This document shows positions 51,536 to 61,710 of a stretch of DNA of 64,000 nt, in pieces. A model generated the notes under the pieces. It searched no databases, had not been told where the DNA came from, and worked only from the letters and a program-made list of their open reading frames with translations. The stretch covers positions 384,001 to 448,000 of the forward strand of contig CAWGTN010000002.1 of assembly GCA_963825525.1 (NCBI GenBank), written 5' to 3'. The position numbers and the translations under genes are program-made. Source of the DNA: an uncultured Chloroflexia bacterium (lineage in GTDB: Bacteria; Chloroflexota; Limnocylindria; QHBO01). Within the stretch, counting starts at the first letter, position 1; the number at the start of each line of letters is the position of its first letter.

Positions 51536-52203
51536 CGAGCTCCTCCAGGCGAGCCACCATGGCGTCGACGCATTGGGTGACGTCCAGCCGGCCCGTGTCA
51601 AGCACCAGGGCATTCGGAGGAACGCGAAGCGGGGCCACGGCTCGCTCCGAGTCCGCCGCGTCGCGGTCCCGAATCTCGGCCAGGTATGCGGCGACGCGAT
51701 CCGGACGCCCCATCTCGTTCGCACGACGCGCGGCGCGGACCTCGGCATCGGCTGTCAGGAACACCTTGAGCGTCGCTTCGGGCAGCACCACGGTGCCGAT
51801 GTCGCGCCCGACCATGACCACGTCGCCGCGCATGCGCCGTCGCTCGCTGGACGCCGAGCATCGCCTCGCGAACCTCCGCGTGCCGGCTCACCGCACTGAC
51901 GGCCCGGTCCACGGGTGGGGTGCGGACCTCGAGCGTCACGTCGCGCCCCTCCAGCCGCACCGTCTCGAGACGGTCCACCTGGTGGGCTGCGGGCTTCTCG
52001 ACCGCGATCGCGCAGTCATTGGCGAGCCGTCCGAGTGCCGCGCCGTCATGCAGGTCAACCCCGCGCTCGAGAGCGGCGAGCGTCAGGGCCCGGTACATGA
52101 GCCCGGTGTCGACGAACGTGGCGTCGATGCGGCGCGCGAGCGCATGGCCCACCGTGCTCTTGCCTGCACCCGACGGGCCGTCGACGGCGATCGCCCGGCT
52201 CAT
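51528..52203 (-). CDS. cmk: Cytidylate kinase; frameshift near 51840
   Basis: IAVDGPSGAGKST, DTGLMYRA, then GRDIGTVVLP..KVFLTA, RD..D in the next frame. Confidence 0.92.
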
Positions 52204-52946
52204 CGGCGCCGAGCGCCGGAGAGCGACGCCACCTCGTCCGGCCTGAGGTCACGCCACTGCCCTGACGAGAGGCCGCTGAGGCGCAGCGGACCGATCCCGA
52301 TGCGGACCAGCCGATCCACGCCGGCGTCGAGGGCGGCGAACAGGCGCCGGACCTCTCGCTTCCTGCCCTCGCCGATGCGGACCTGGAGCCAGGCTCCCGA
52401 TTCATCCCGCTCGCGCTCCACCTCCCGCGGCGGCAGAGCGTACTTCGCATCGAGCACGTGGGCAGGGCCGTCATCAAGCTCCACGCCGACGCGGAGACGC
52501 TGGAGGTCCTCGCGGCTCGGGGGCGGATGCACCAGGACCGCGTACTCGCGAATCGTGCCGTAGCGCGGATGGAGAATGCGATTCGCCCACTCCCCGTCAT
52601 TCGTCAGGATCATCAGGCCCTCCGAATCAACATCCAGCCGTCCGGCCGGCCACAGACGTTCCCCGCCGGTGTCGACGAGCGACACGACCGAGCGACGCCC
52701 GCGCTCGTCGAAGGCGGAGCTGAGGAAGCCTCGCGGCTTGTGAATGGCCAGGTGAACAGCCCGACCGGCCGTCGGCAGGCGCTGGCCGTCAACCTCGACG
52801 CTGTCGACTGCGGGATCCGCCGATTGGCCGATCTGCGCGACCGTCCCATTGACTCGAACGCGGCCGTCCACGATGAGCTGCTCAGCCCCACGCCGCGAGG
52901 CAAGCCCGGCGCGCGCGATGAGCTTCTGAAGGCGCTCAGTCGCCAT
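52200..52946 (-). CDS. rluB: Pseudouridine synthase (RluB-like)
   Basis: ERLQKLIARAGLASRR, GRLD, EGRKREVRR. Confidence 0.88.
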   Translation of the reverse strand: MATERLQKLIARAGLASRRGAEQLIVDGRVRVNGTVAQIGQSADPAVDSVEVDGQRLPTAGRAVHLAIHKPRGFLSSAFDERGRRSVVSLVDTGGERLWPAGRLDVDSEGLMILTNDGEWANRILHPRYGTIREYAVLVHPPPSREDLQRLRVGVELDDGPAHVLDAKYALPPREVERERDESGAWLQVRIGEGRKREVRRLFAALDAGVDRLVRIGIGPLRLSGLSSGQWRDLRPDEVASLSGARRR

Positions 52947-53508
52947 CGGCCGAGACGGGCACTTCGGTGAGGGCGGCGAGCTGCGCCGCGTCGGATGAGA
53001 GCGGCGGCAGGTCCTCGAGCGACGTGAGGCCGAACCGCTCGAGGAATGTGAACGTGGTGCCGAACAGCACGGGCCGGCCGGGCGTGTCGCGGCGACCCAC
53101 CTCGACCACCAGCCGCCGATGCATGAGCGAGCGAATCACGTAGTCCGAGTCGACACCGCGGACGCGCTCCACGTCGGCGCGGGTGCACGGCTGGCGGTAG
53201 GCGACGACGGCGAGCGCCTCGAGGGACGCCGGCGACAGACGAGCCTCCTCGCGCGCGGCGTAGGCGGCAAGCCGGGCGCCGACCTCCGGCGCGGTCACGA
53301 GCTGCCACGCATCGTCGTGATGCTGAAGCCGAATCCCCCGCTCGTCCTCGTCGAGGCGCTCGGCCAATGCGGCGAGCGCCGCCTCGGCCTGCAGCCGCGG
53401 GACCTCGGCCAGGTCGCCGAGCTCGGCAGAGCTCAGCGGTCGCTCGGCGATGAAGAGCAGCGCCTCGAGGAACACGCCGAGCTCGTGCGGCATTCCGTCG
53501 TCACTCAT
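52936..53508 (-). CDS. scpB: SMC-Scp complex subunit ScpB
   Basis: EALLF, LSPASLEALAVVAYRQP, GRPVLFGTT..FL..FGL. Confidence 0.95.
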   Translation of the reverse strand: MSDDGMPHELGVFLEALLFIAERPLSSAELGDLAEVPRLQAEAALAALAERLDEDERGIRLQHHDDAWQLVTAPEVGARLAAYAAREEARLSPASLEALAVVAYRQPCTRADVERVRGVDSDYVIRSLMHRRLVVEVGRRDTPGRPVLFGTTFTFLERFGLTSLEDLPPLSSDAAQLAALTEVPVSADGD

Positions 53509-54299
53509 CGGCTCACCTCGGGCGCCATCTCGATGAGGATCGTGCCGAAGATGTCGTCCTGGTGGGCGGTCACCTGCCTGCGCCGGACGAGCTCGAGGGT
53601 GGCGAGGAAGGTGACGGCCGCCTCGGTGCGCGAGTGGCAGCGAGAGAGGATCGACTGCAGGATGACGCGGCCCCCCCGTCGCAGGGCCGCCCGCAGGACC
53701 TCGATCTGCTGGCCGATGGTGACCTCGCGCGCAACGATCTCGGGTGGCGGTGCCACCGGCTCGGGGATTGCGGCCAGCGTCTCGAGTGCGGCAACCAGCA
53801 CGCCGACCGGAAGGGGCTCGGATGGGGCCTCGGGCAGATCGGACTCGCGCGGCTCGCGACGCATGACCGGCGCGACGCCGTCCCTCGCCCCGAGTGCGAC
53901 CGCCGCGTCACGAAGGGCCCGGTATTCCAGGATTCGGCGACGGAGCTCGTCCTCATCGGGCTCGTCGAGTCCCTCGGGGATGGCAGGAAGCGGCTCGGCC
54001 GGCAGCATCCGCTTCGATTTCAAGAGAATGAGCTGGGCCGCAATCGCCACGAACTCGGACAGGTTGGCCGCGTCCACCGGATGCCGCGTCAGGTGCTCCA
54101 CGTACGCGTCGGCGACGTCGGCCAGCGGGACGGAGAGGATGTCGAGCTGGCGCGATTCGATGAGATGCAGGAGGAGCTGCAGAGGTCCCTCGAAGACCGG
54201 CAGCGCGATCGAAAACTCGCCGTCGCCGACAGATACCGCCACCGGGACCTGCGGCTCGACCGGGATGGCGCGACGCGAGGTTCCGTCAGCTGGCGTCAT
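53505..54299 (-). CDS. scpA: Segregation and condensation protein ScpA
   Basis: FEGPLQLLLHLI, LKSKRMLP, TFLATLEL. Confidence 0.93.
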   Translation of the reverse strand: MTPADGTSRRAIPVEPQVPVAVSVGDGEFSIALPVFEGPLQLLLHLIESRQLDILSVPLADVADAYVEHLTRHPVDAANLSEFVAIAAQLILLKSKRMLPAEPLPAIPEGLDEPDEDELRRRILEYRALRDAAVALGARDGVAPVMRREPRESDLPEAPSEPLPVGVLVAALETLAAIPEPVAPPPEIVAREVTIGQQIEVLRAALRRGGRVILQSILSRCHSRTEAAVTFLATLELVRRRQVTAHQDDIFGTILIEMAPEVSR

Positions 54300-54771
54300 C
54301 GGCCAGGCGCAGTGCGCGTAGCAGGGGCTCGTCCACGTCGGACACGGTACCGCGGATGAACCCGGACGCGCGCGGCCCACAGCCCGCGCTGCTCGCCAGG
54401 TCAGCCGACAGGGCGTCGTGGTTGAGATACAGCTCGAATCCGTAACGCCAGGAGGCCGGATCGTCGTGCGCCAGCCGCCGGAGAAGCGAGGGCGCCGCAG
54501 CCTCGAGCAGCACCCCGACAACCCTGTGCCAGAGCCGCATGCGATGTCCCTTGGCGGCATCGTGGAGAAGAGCCGCGGCCAGCAGGTCCGGATCGTCGTG
54601 GCCGGCACGCCGCAGCCTGGCGGCGACGTCCAGTGCATGGCGCCGGTCTGCGACCGGCATCCCCTCGAAGATGGCGGCGGCCCGATCGGGCAGTGCGCGT
54701 CGCACGAGGAGCGACTCCTCCGGTTCCACCCGCGCCCGCACGTGGGCGATGAACTGCCCGACCCTATGCAC
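54286..54771 (-). CDS. HD domain protein
   Basis: DRRH, AALLHDAAK, LADD. Confidence 0.8.
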   Translation of the reverse strand: MHRVGQFIAHVRARVEPEESLLVRRALPDRAAAIFEGMPVADRRHALDVAARLRRAGHDDPDLLAAALLHDAAKGHRMRLWHRVVGVLLEAAAPSLLRRLAHDDPASWRYGFELYLNHDALSADLASSAGCGPRASGFIRGTVSDVDEPLLRALRLADDAS

Positions 54772-55381
54772 CGATCAGGACCCGCGTGATGGGAGCGGAG
54801 AGGCCAAGGAGCGCGCGCAGGGGGCTGCCCGGCAGGAAGATGAGGAGCAGGAGCACGATCACGCCATACGGTGCGTACCGCGCGATGAGCATCGCCTGCG
54901 GCGCCGGCAGATAGGCGAGGGCCACGTTGTAGCCGTCCAGCGGCGGGATCGGGAGCAGGTTGAAGATCGCCAGCAGGATGTTCAGCTGGACGATCAGCGC
55001 GACGAGGTTCGGCCCGAAGCCACCTTCGGCGCCCGACAGCGTGATGACGCGGTAGATGACCGCGAAGACGATGGCGACCGCGACATTGGCGAGCGGCCCT
55101 GCGAACGCGACCGTGGCCATCGAGCGTCGGCCGCCGCGCAATGCGGCGGGGTTGACCATGACAGGCTTTGCCCAGCCGAAGCCCGCGAACACGAGCATCA
55201 GCGCCCCGATCGGGTCGACGTGGGCGATCGGATTGAGCGTCAGGCGGCCCATCGCACGCGGCCGATGGTCTCCCAGCTCATCGGCAACGAACGCGTGACT
55301 GAACTCGTGGAATGTCAGCCCCACCAACAGGGCCACCGCCCCGGCGATCAGCCGCTCGAGCGAGATGTCGCCGAACAGCAT
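54764..55381 (-). CDS. Site-2 protease family protein
   Basis: HEFSH, LTLNP, GWAKPV, AGP, FNLLPIPPLDG. Confidence 0.92.
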   Translation of the reverse strand: MLFGDISLERLIAGAVALLVGLTFHEFSHAFVADELGDHRPRAMGRLTLNPIAHVDPIGALMLVFAGFGWAKPVMVNPAALRGGRRSMATVAFAGPLANVAVAIVFAVIYRVITLSGAEGGFGPNLVALIVQLNILLAIFNLLPIPPLDGYNVALAYLPAPQAMLIARYAPYGVIVLLLLIFLPGSPLRALLGLSAPITRVLIGA

Positions 55382-56265
55382 CAGACCAGCCGCGGAAGCA
55401 GGTCGCCCAGCAGCGTTACGAGCCGACCGGCACCCAGGCGACCCATCTCGATCACCTCGGCGTGCGTTGCGCCTTCCACCACGTCGTCCGTCGCCTTGTT
55501 CGTGATGAGGCTGAAGCCCAGGACCGTGCGGTCGGCATGCCGCGCCACCTCCGTCTCATGTGCCGTGCTCATCCCGACGGCATCCGCCCCCAGCCCGCGC
55601 AGCATCCGCATCTCGGCCCTCGTCTCGTAGGCGGGTCCCGAGAGCATGACGTACACCCCCTGGCGCAGCGGCACCCCGGTTGCGTCCGCGGCGGCGAGGG
55701 CGGCGGACCGCAGCTCGGGATCGTATGCGTCCGTCATGGGTGGGAAGCGTGGCCCAAAGCGGTCGAGGTTCGGGCCGAGGAGCGGGTTCTCGCCCGACAG
55801 GTTGATGTGATCGGTGATCAGCATCACGTCCCCAGGCTCGAAATCGGGATCGAGACCGCCGGCGGCGTTGGTGAGCACCACGATGTCGGCGCCGAGCGCG
55901 ATCACGGCCCGCAGCAGGATGGTCGCCTCCCGATGGGAGTAGCCCTCGTACGGATGTGCTCGGCCCGAGAGCACCATGACCGGCATCTCTCCCACCGTAC
56001 CGGCGATCAGCTCACCGGCGTGGCCCTCGACGCCAGCGGGAGGGAGGTGCGGAATCTCACGGTACGGGATCCGCTGTCGTCCTTCGGGAGCGAGGAGCTC
56101 GGAAACGCCGCCGAGGCCCGAACCGAGGACCGCCACGACACGCGGGCGTGCCAGGGCCGGGGTTGCCGTGAGCCGCTCCTCGATCGCCTCGCTGGCCTCG
56201 CGGATCCGCCGATCGAGCTCGGGACCGTGGATCCCGTCGGGAAGCGCGCCGAGGTCCGTCACCAC
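55381..56265 (-). CDS. punA: Purine-nucleoside phosphorylase
   Basis: LGSGLG, GHAG, TNAAGG, GPAYET, VGMST. Confidence 0.92.
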   Translation of the reverse strand: MVTDLGALPDGIHGPELDRRIREASEAIEERLTATPALARPRVVAVLGSGLGGVSELLAPEGRQRIPYREIPHLPPAGVEGHAGELIAGTVGEMPVMVLSGRAHPYEGYSHREATILLRAVIALGADIVVLTNAAGGLDPDFEPGDVMLITDHINLSGENPLLGPNLDRFGPRFPPMTDAYDPELRSAALAAADATGVPLRQGVYVMLSGPAYETRAEMRMLRGLGADAVGMSTAHETEVARHADRTVLGFSLITNKATDDVVEGATHAEVIEMGRLGAGRLVTLLGDLLPRLV

Positions 56266-56269
56266 CCGG

Positions 56270-57073
56270 CTACATCCGCTCCAGCAGATCGCGTTTCTTG
56301 GCCTCGTATTCGTCGGACGTGATGAGGCCCTTGTCGCGCAGGCCGGCCAGGCGTTCGAGCGTCACCGCGAGCTCATCCGCCGGGCTGCGCGGCTCTGCCG
56401 GCGCGGTGAGCGGGGCACTCGGATCGGCCGTGGGTGCAGCCTCGCTGTCGTGCACCGCCACGCGATCCGACCCCGCCCGCGGGGCCATCGGCTCGGCTCG
56501 CTGCATCTCGGCCACGGCAGCCGTGGACTGGTAGCGGGGGCGGGCGAGGTCCGGGCGCTCAAGCATTTCCTTCTGGTCGAGCATCGCCTTCTTGAACTCG
56601 ATCGGGTCGGCGATCATCGGGAAATCGGCGACGTTCGAGCCGCTCACGGCCTCCTCGGCAGCCGTCAGGATGTCGAGCGTGCCGAAGCCGAAGATGCGCC
56701 CGAAGACACTCTGGTCGAGCCGCGCGTCGTTGATCTTCTCGAGGCTGGAGTCGGACATGCTCTTGTTCAGGACGCCTTCGGCCCGGATGACGCGGCGAGT
56801 GGTGATCAGCCACTCCTGGTTGCGCCAGTCCCAGAACACGAAGGCCACCCAGGCCGCCGCTCCGATGAGTGTCGCGACCGCGATGATGGTCAGGATGCCG
56901 TCGACGGTTTCGTTGGCCACCACGCCGTTCGAGCCCATCCACAGGATGAGCGCCAGCGCCACGATGGCGAGCACGATCCACAGCCACGTCCGCGCGATGA
57001 CCGCAAACCAGTGCTGGCGGCTCTCGTGGACGACCTCTTCCCCGCGACTCAGGAGGTTCCGGGCGTAACTCAT
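56270..57073 (-). CDS. Bacterial PH domain membrane protein with SHOCT tail
   Basis: 2 TM, ITTRRVI..GVL, GRIFGFGTL, LRDKGLITSDEYEAKK. Confidence 0.85.
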   Translation of the reverse strand: MSYARNLLSRGEEVVHESRQHWFAVIARTWLWIVLAIVALALILWMGSNGVVANETVDGILTIIAVATLIGAAAWVAFVFWDWRNQEWLITTRRVIRAEGVLNKSMSDSSLEKINDARLDQSVFGRIFGFGTLDILTAAEEAVSGSNVADFPMIADPIEFKKAMLDQKEMLERPDLARPRYQSTAAVAEMQRAEPMAPRAGSDRVAVHDSEAAPTADPSAPLTAPAEPRSPADELAVTLERLAGLRDKGLITSDEYEAKKRDLLERM

Positions 57074-57093
57074 CGGCTTGGTGCGCTCCGCTT

Positions 57094-58017
57094 TCAGGCT
57101 CTCGGATGGGCCCGCGAGTAGACCTCGCGGACACGCTCGCCGGTCAGGTGGGTGTAGAGCTGGGTGGTGCTGATGCTAGCATGGCCGAGCAGCGCCTGGA
57201 CCACTCGCAGATCCGCTCCGCCTTCGAGCAGATGGGTCGCGAAACTGTGGCGAAACGTGTGCGGAGTCACGTGGCCGCCCACCCCCGCGGCCTCTGTCCA
57301 GCGCCGGACCAGCCGCCACACCGACTCACGACCCACCCGCGTGCCGCGCGGCCCCACGAAGACCGCCGGCGTCGGTCGCCCCGCCGTCCACTCGGTGCGC
57401 GGTCCTGACCGATAGCGGTGCAACCGCTCGCGCGCTTCGTCCCCCATCGGCACCCGCCGTTCCTTGTTGCCCTTGCCGATGACCCGCACCTGCTGGCTCG
57501 CGAGATCAACGCGATCGGTGTCCAGCCCCACGAGCTCGCTGACCCGCAGCCCGCACGCGTACAGCAGCTCCATGATCGCCCGGTCCCGGATGCCCATCGG
57601 ATCATCGGCCGGCGGGGCATCCAGGATGCGCACCACGTCGTCCGGTGCGAGGACATCCGGCAGGTAGCTGCCCGGGCGCGGCGCGTCGACGAGGGCGGGC
57701 ACGTCGCGGGTCGCCAGGCCCTCACGCAGGGCGAACCGATAGAAGCTGCGCACGGCGGCACTCTTGCGCGCCTGGGTGCTCCCACGCGCTCCCTGTTCCT
57801 GAAGCCTCCGCACGAACTCGACGAGCGGCCCGGAATCGTCGCGCCAGCGCGTCTCGGCTCGCTCGCCAAACTGCGCGAGATCGCGTCGATAGGCCGCGAT
57901 GGTCAATGGCGACAGGCCCCGCTCGACCCGCAGCTCCAGCAGGAATGCCTCGATCGCCGATTCAAGGGCCGGATCGAGGGCCGGGTCAACGGCCAGGTCG
58001 GGCGCCGAGTCAGGCAT
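57094..58017 (-). CDS. xerD: Site-specific tyrosine recombinase XerD
   Basis: RDRA..ELLYACGLRVSE, GKGNKER, TPHTFRHSFATHLL, LLGH, TTQLY. Confidence 0.92.
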   Translation of the reverse strand: MPDSAPDLAVDPALDPALESAIEAFLLELRVERGLSPLTIAAYRRDLAQFGERAETRWRDDSGPLVEFVRRLQEQGARGSTQARKSAAVRSFYRFALREGLATRDVPALVDAPRPGSYLPDVLAPDDVVRILDAPPADDPMGIRDRAIMELLYACGLRVSELVGLDTDRVDLASQQVRVIGKGNKERRVPMGDEARERLHRYRSGPRTEWTAGRPTPAVFVGPRGTRVGRESVWRLVRRWTEAAGVGGHVTPHTFRHSFATHLLEGGADLRVVQALLGHASISTTQLYTHLTGERVREVYSRAHPRA

Positions 58018-59683
58018 CGACGCCGGCTGTCGCCGCCGCCCGCAGCAGCGCATCGGCGGCGGCCCGCGCCTCGGTGCCCGGTTCAGCTCCCCCGAGCATG
58101 GCGGCGAGCTCCGCGGCGCGTGCCGGCCGGTCGAGAACCTCGGCATACGTCGTGGTGCGGTCGCCTCGAATTCGCTTTCCGACAACGATGTGTGTGTCTG
58201 CCAGTGCCGCGACCTGCGGCAGGTGGGTCACGCACAGCACCTGGTGATAGCGGCTCAGGGCGCGCAATCGCTCTCCCAGGGCCGCGGCATTTCGGCCACC
58301 AACACCAGCATCGACTTCGTCGAACACCAGCAGCGGCGTATCGTCCGCGGCGGCCAGCACGACCTCGAGAGCCAGTGACAGGCGGCTTGCCTCGCCTCCC
58401 GACGCGATCCGGGCCAGCGGACGAGGCGGCTCACCTCGATTCGGCGCGAAGGTGAACACGACTCGATCCGCGCCGTCGGGTCCGACGTCGGATGCTTCCC
58501 GATCGATCCCGAATGCCCCGCCTTCGATGCCCAGTGGAGGCAGCTCGGCATTGACGTGCGCGCTCAACCGGGTGGCCGCTTCGACTCGAGCGGCCGACAG
58601 CCCCTCGGCCGCGGCGGACAGCTCCGATCGACGCGCGGCCTCCTCGACGCGCAGGCGCTCGCGCGCCCCTTCCTGGTTCTCGAGTGCCTCGAGCTCGGCC
58701 GCCGCCGCGTCGCCGAACGCCACCACCGCCTCGAGCGACTCGCCGTACTTGCGGCGCAGCTCGTAGAGGAGCGCGAGCCGCTCCTCTGCCGCTGCCCGGC
58801 TCCCCGGGTCGAGATCCACCGCCTCTGCCAGGCCGCTGGCATCGCGCGCCAGCTCCGCTGCCTCGGCCACCAGCGCCGACGCGCGATCGACCAGGGGTAC
58901 GAAGCGCTCGTCGTGCTGCGCCGCGGTCGCCAGGTCGCGTTCGGCGGCGCCCAGGACATCGGTGGCGCCGGAATCCTCGCGCAGCGCCGCAGCGGCCGAG
59001 GTCGCCGAGCGGGCGATCGTTTCCGCATGCTCGGCAGCGCGCAGCTGCGCCTCGAGCTCCGCGTCCTCGCCGATCCGGGGGGCCGCCGCGCCTATCTCCT
59101 CGGCCTGGTGGCGCAGCAGCTCAACGCGGCGTGCCAGCTCGTGGGCATCGGTCAGCAGTTCGGCGGAGGCAGCCACGGTTGCCCGCCACGCCCGGAATCG
59201 ATCACTCACCACGGCCCGGGCGGCGTCGAGGCCGCCGAATCCGTCAAGCAGGGCCAGCTGGCGGGCCGGCTGCAGAAGGCGCTGCTGGTCGTGCTGGCCG
59301 TGGATCTCGCCGAGATGCGCCCCGATGGCGGCCAACCCCCCGACCGTGACGGTCCGGTCGTTGACCCTCACGATCGAGCGACCGTCCGCACCCACCTCGC
59401 GGCGAATGACGACGCTCCCCTCTCCCGCCGCGACCACATCATGCATGGCGTGGTCGTCGGGCATTGCCGGCGCGTCGAAGATCGCCTCGACCCGCGCCGC
59501 ATCCGTCCCGGAGCGCACCTGGTCGGTGGCAGCTCGGGCGCCGAGCACGAGTGCCACGGCATCGACCACCAACGACTTACCCGCGCCGGTCTCGCCGGTC
59601 AGGACCGTGAAGCCGTCGCGAAGTGGCAGCCGTACCGATTCCACGACCGCCAGGTTCTCTACGGTCAGCTCACGAAGTGCCAT
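58010..59683 (-). CDS. recN: DNA repair protein RecN
   Basis: TGETGAGKS, ASGGE, FDEVDAG, VTHLPQVA. Confidence 0.95.
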   Translation of the reverse strand: MALRELTVENLAVVESVRLPLRDGFTVLTGETGAGKSLVVDAVALVLGARAATDQVRSGTDAARVEAIFDAPAMPDDHAMHDVVAAGEGSVVIRREVGADGRSIVRVNDRTVTVGGLAAIGAHLGEIHGQHDQQRLLQPARQLALLDGFGGLDAARAVVSDRFRAWRATVAASAELLTDAHELARRVELLRHQAEEIGAAAPRIGEDAELEAQLRAAEHAETIARSATSAAAALREDSGATDVLGAAERDLATAAQHDERFVPLVDRASALVAEAAELARDASGLAEAVDLDPGSRAAAEERLALLYELRRKYGESLEAVVAFGDAAAAELEALENQEGARERLRVEEAARRSELSAAAEGLSAARVEAATRLSAHVNAELPPLGIEGGAFGIDREASDVGPDGADRVVFTFAPNRGEPPRPLARIASGGEASRLSLALEVVLAAADDTPLLVFDEVDAGVGGRNAAALGERLRALSRYHQVLCVTHLPQVAALADTHIVVGKRIRGDRTTTYAEVLDRPARAAELAAMLGGAEPGTEARAAADALLRAAATAGVDA

Positions 59684-60534
59684 CAGTACGGCAGCAACCC
59701 TGCCTTCGTGCGCAGCAGGTCGTAGAACGGAGTCGCACCGGTCGGCTCGAGCAACCTGAGGGGCTCGGCAAGGGCCCGAACGTCAACGCGATCCCCCGGA
59801 TGCAGCTCCTCGTCCCACTGCCCGTCGATGCTGACGATGGCGGGGTCCGCCGCCTCTCGCAGGGTCAGGGTCACGACCTGGTCCTCGCCCGCCACCACGC
59901 TGTGGAGTGGGGAGAGATAGCTCGCCACCGGCGTGATGATCATGTTGCGCAGCCGGGGGTCGAGAATCGATCCGCCGGCGCTGAAGCTGTAGGCGGTCGA
60001 GCCGGTTGGTGTGGCGACCACGACGGCATCGGCGACGTAGGTCGCCAGGTGGCTGCCCGAGACCTCCACCTCGAGCCGGATCATCCGAACGCGACGCCCC
60101 CTGGCCACGACGACCTCGTTCAGGCAGGCGTGGCTGGCGCCGGCCGATCCATCGGCGTGCACGATGGACGCCTCGATCCGAAACCGCTCCTCGATCGAGA
60201 AGTCGCCGCTGGCGACCTGGTCGAGCGCGCCCTCGAGACCCTCGGTCTCGACCTTGGCCAGGAAGCCAACACGGCCGAGGTTGATGCCCAGGGCCGGGAC
60301 GCCGGTCTCGCCGATCGCCCGGGCACCACGCAGGAACGTGCCGTCACCCCCCAGCACGCAGACGAGATCCGTCCCGGCGCCGCACCCCGCCTCGATCACG
60401 TCGCGGTCCTCCGCCCGGGCATCCCAGGCGTCGACGCCATGGGCGGCACACCACTGGTGGGCTCGTTCGAGAACGGCTCGAGCCTCCGCGTTGTACGGGT
60501 TGAAGACGAAGCCGATGCGCCGCAGGTCCATCAA
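59683..60534 (-). CDS. nadK: NAD kinase
   Basis: GGDGT, GRVGFL, NE, TPTGSTAYSFSAGG. Confidence 0.95.
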   Translation of the reverse strand: MMDLRRIGFVFNPYNAEARAVLERAHQWCAAHGVDAWDARAEDRDVIEAGCGAGTDLVCVLGGDGTFLRGARAIGETGVPALGINLGRVGFLAKVETEGLEGALDQVASGDFSIEERFRIEASIVHADGSAGASHACLNEVVVARGRRVRMIRLEVEVSGSHLATYVADAVVVATPTGSTAYSFSAGGSILDPRLRNMIITPVASYLSPLHSVVAGEDQVVTLTLREAADPAIVSIDGQWDEELHPGDRVDVRALAEPLRLLEPTGATPFYDLLRTKAGLLPY

Positions 60535-60887
60535 CCCTCCTGGCCCGCGTCGCTACCGCGCAGCAGACGAGCGAGAGCGTCGATCCGCTCGGTGAGCGCC
60601 GCGAGCTCGGTCGAGACCTCCCGCGGGCCAGCGCCCTCGCGAACCGCCGCGTACGAGCGGTCGAGCCCCGCGGCGATCAGGGCTCGCATCAGGCTGGATG
60701 GCGACACGCCGCGAATCCTGGCGGCCTCCTCGACCCGCTCGAGCAGGGCGTCGGGCATGCGGAGGCTGACGATCTGGCGCATCGTGTCAGGCGCGGGCTC
60801 GTGGACGGGCGGCTCCACGACCTCGATTCCCTCGAAGCCGATGCCGAGCTGCTCGATCGGCGGCGACGCCGCGGCTCTGCGCTTCAC
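60531..60887 (-). CDS. CopG/ribbon-helix-helix protein
   Basis: QIVSLRMPDALLERVEEAARIRGVSPSSLMRALI; TACGAT-6nt-GTG. Confidence 0.7.
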   Translation of the reverse strand: MKRRAAASPPIEQLGIGFEGIEVVEPPVHEPAPDTMRQIVSLRMPDALLERVEEAARIRGVSPSSLMRALIAAGLDRSYAAVREGAGPREVSTELAALTERIDALARLLRGSDAGQEG

Positions 60888-60924
60888 CCCGTGATCGTAG
60901 TACGCGCGTCGTACAGCCGTGGCC

Positions 60925-61704
60925 TCAGGTCGTCTCGACCATCTTGAGGATCCACTCCGCCCACTCGTCGTCATCGCCTGGCTGGGTCCGCAGCTCCACG
61001 AGAAACTCGACGTTGCCGTCCGCGCCGGTGATCGGCGAGCGGATCACGTTCCAGGGATGGAGATCAACGTCCTCGGCCGCAGACGCCACGTCGCGCAGGA
61101 CACGCTCCCAGACCGCCCGATCGCGGACCACGCCCCCGCGCGGGACGTCATCGCGGCCGGCTTCGAACTGGGGCTTGACCAGGGCCACGACGCGGGCCCG
61201 ATCGGCCATCAACGCTCGCACTGCCGGAAAGACGAGCGCCAGGCCGATGAAACTCAGATCCAGCGTCACCAGGTCGATCGGCTCAGGAAGCTGACGGAGC
61301 TCGCGAAGGTTCGTGCGCTCCATGCTCACGACCCGCGGGTCGTCGCGCAGGCGCTGGATGAGCTGGGCTCGGCCCACGTCCACGGCGTAGACCACCCGGG
61401 CGCCCCGGGCAAGCAGAACGTCGGTGAAGCCGCCGGTCGATGCGCCGGCATCCAGGGTTGCCAGCCCGGTCGGGTCGATGGCGAAGGCATCCAGCGCACG
61501 ATCGAGCTTCGCCCCCGCTCGACTGGCCCAGCGGGGCTTCTCGGCGATCGTCACCTCGGCATCGCTCGCCACGAGCTGTCCGGGCTTCAGGCGTCGTGTC
61601 CCGCCGAGCTCGACGTCCCCGGCATGGATGAGCGATTGCGCTTCAGCCCGCGAGCGCGCGAGGCCACGTTCGTGAAGCAGCTGGTCGAGGCGCAGACGAG
61701 GCAT
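60925..61704 (-). CDS. tlyA: TlyA family rRNA methyltransferase
   Basis: RLDQLL, SRAGAKL, DAGASTGGFTD, DLSFI, KPQFE, GNVEF. Confidence 0.95.
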   Translation of the reverse strand: MPRLRLDQLLHERGLARSRAEAQSLIHAGDVELGGTRRLKPGQLVASDAEVTIAEKPRWASRAGAKLDRALDAFAIDPTGLATLDAGASTGGFTDVLLARGARVVYAVDVGRAQLIQRLRDDPRVVSMERTNLRELRQLPEPIDLVTLDLSFIGLALVFPAVRALMADRARVVALVKPQFEAGRDDVPRGGVVRDRAVWERVLRDVASAAEDVDLHPWNVIRSPITGADGNVEFLVELRTQPGDDDEWAEWILKMVETT

Positions 61705-61710
61705 GCTGCG

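Noticed and set aside
57094-58017. Integrase of a mobile element
   Set aside because: XerD-type sequence in its usual recN/punA/scpAB context.
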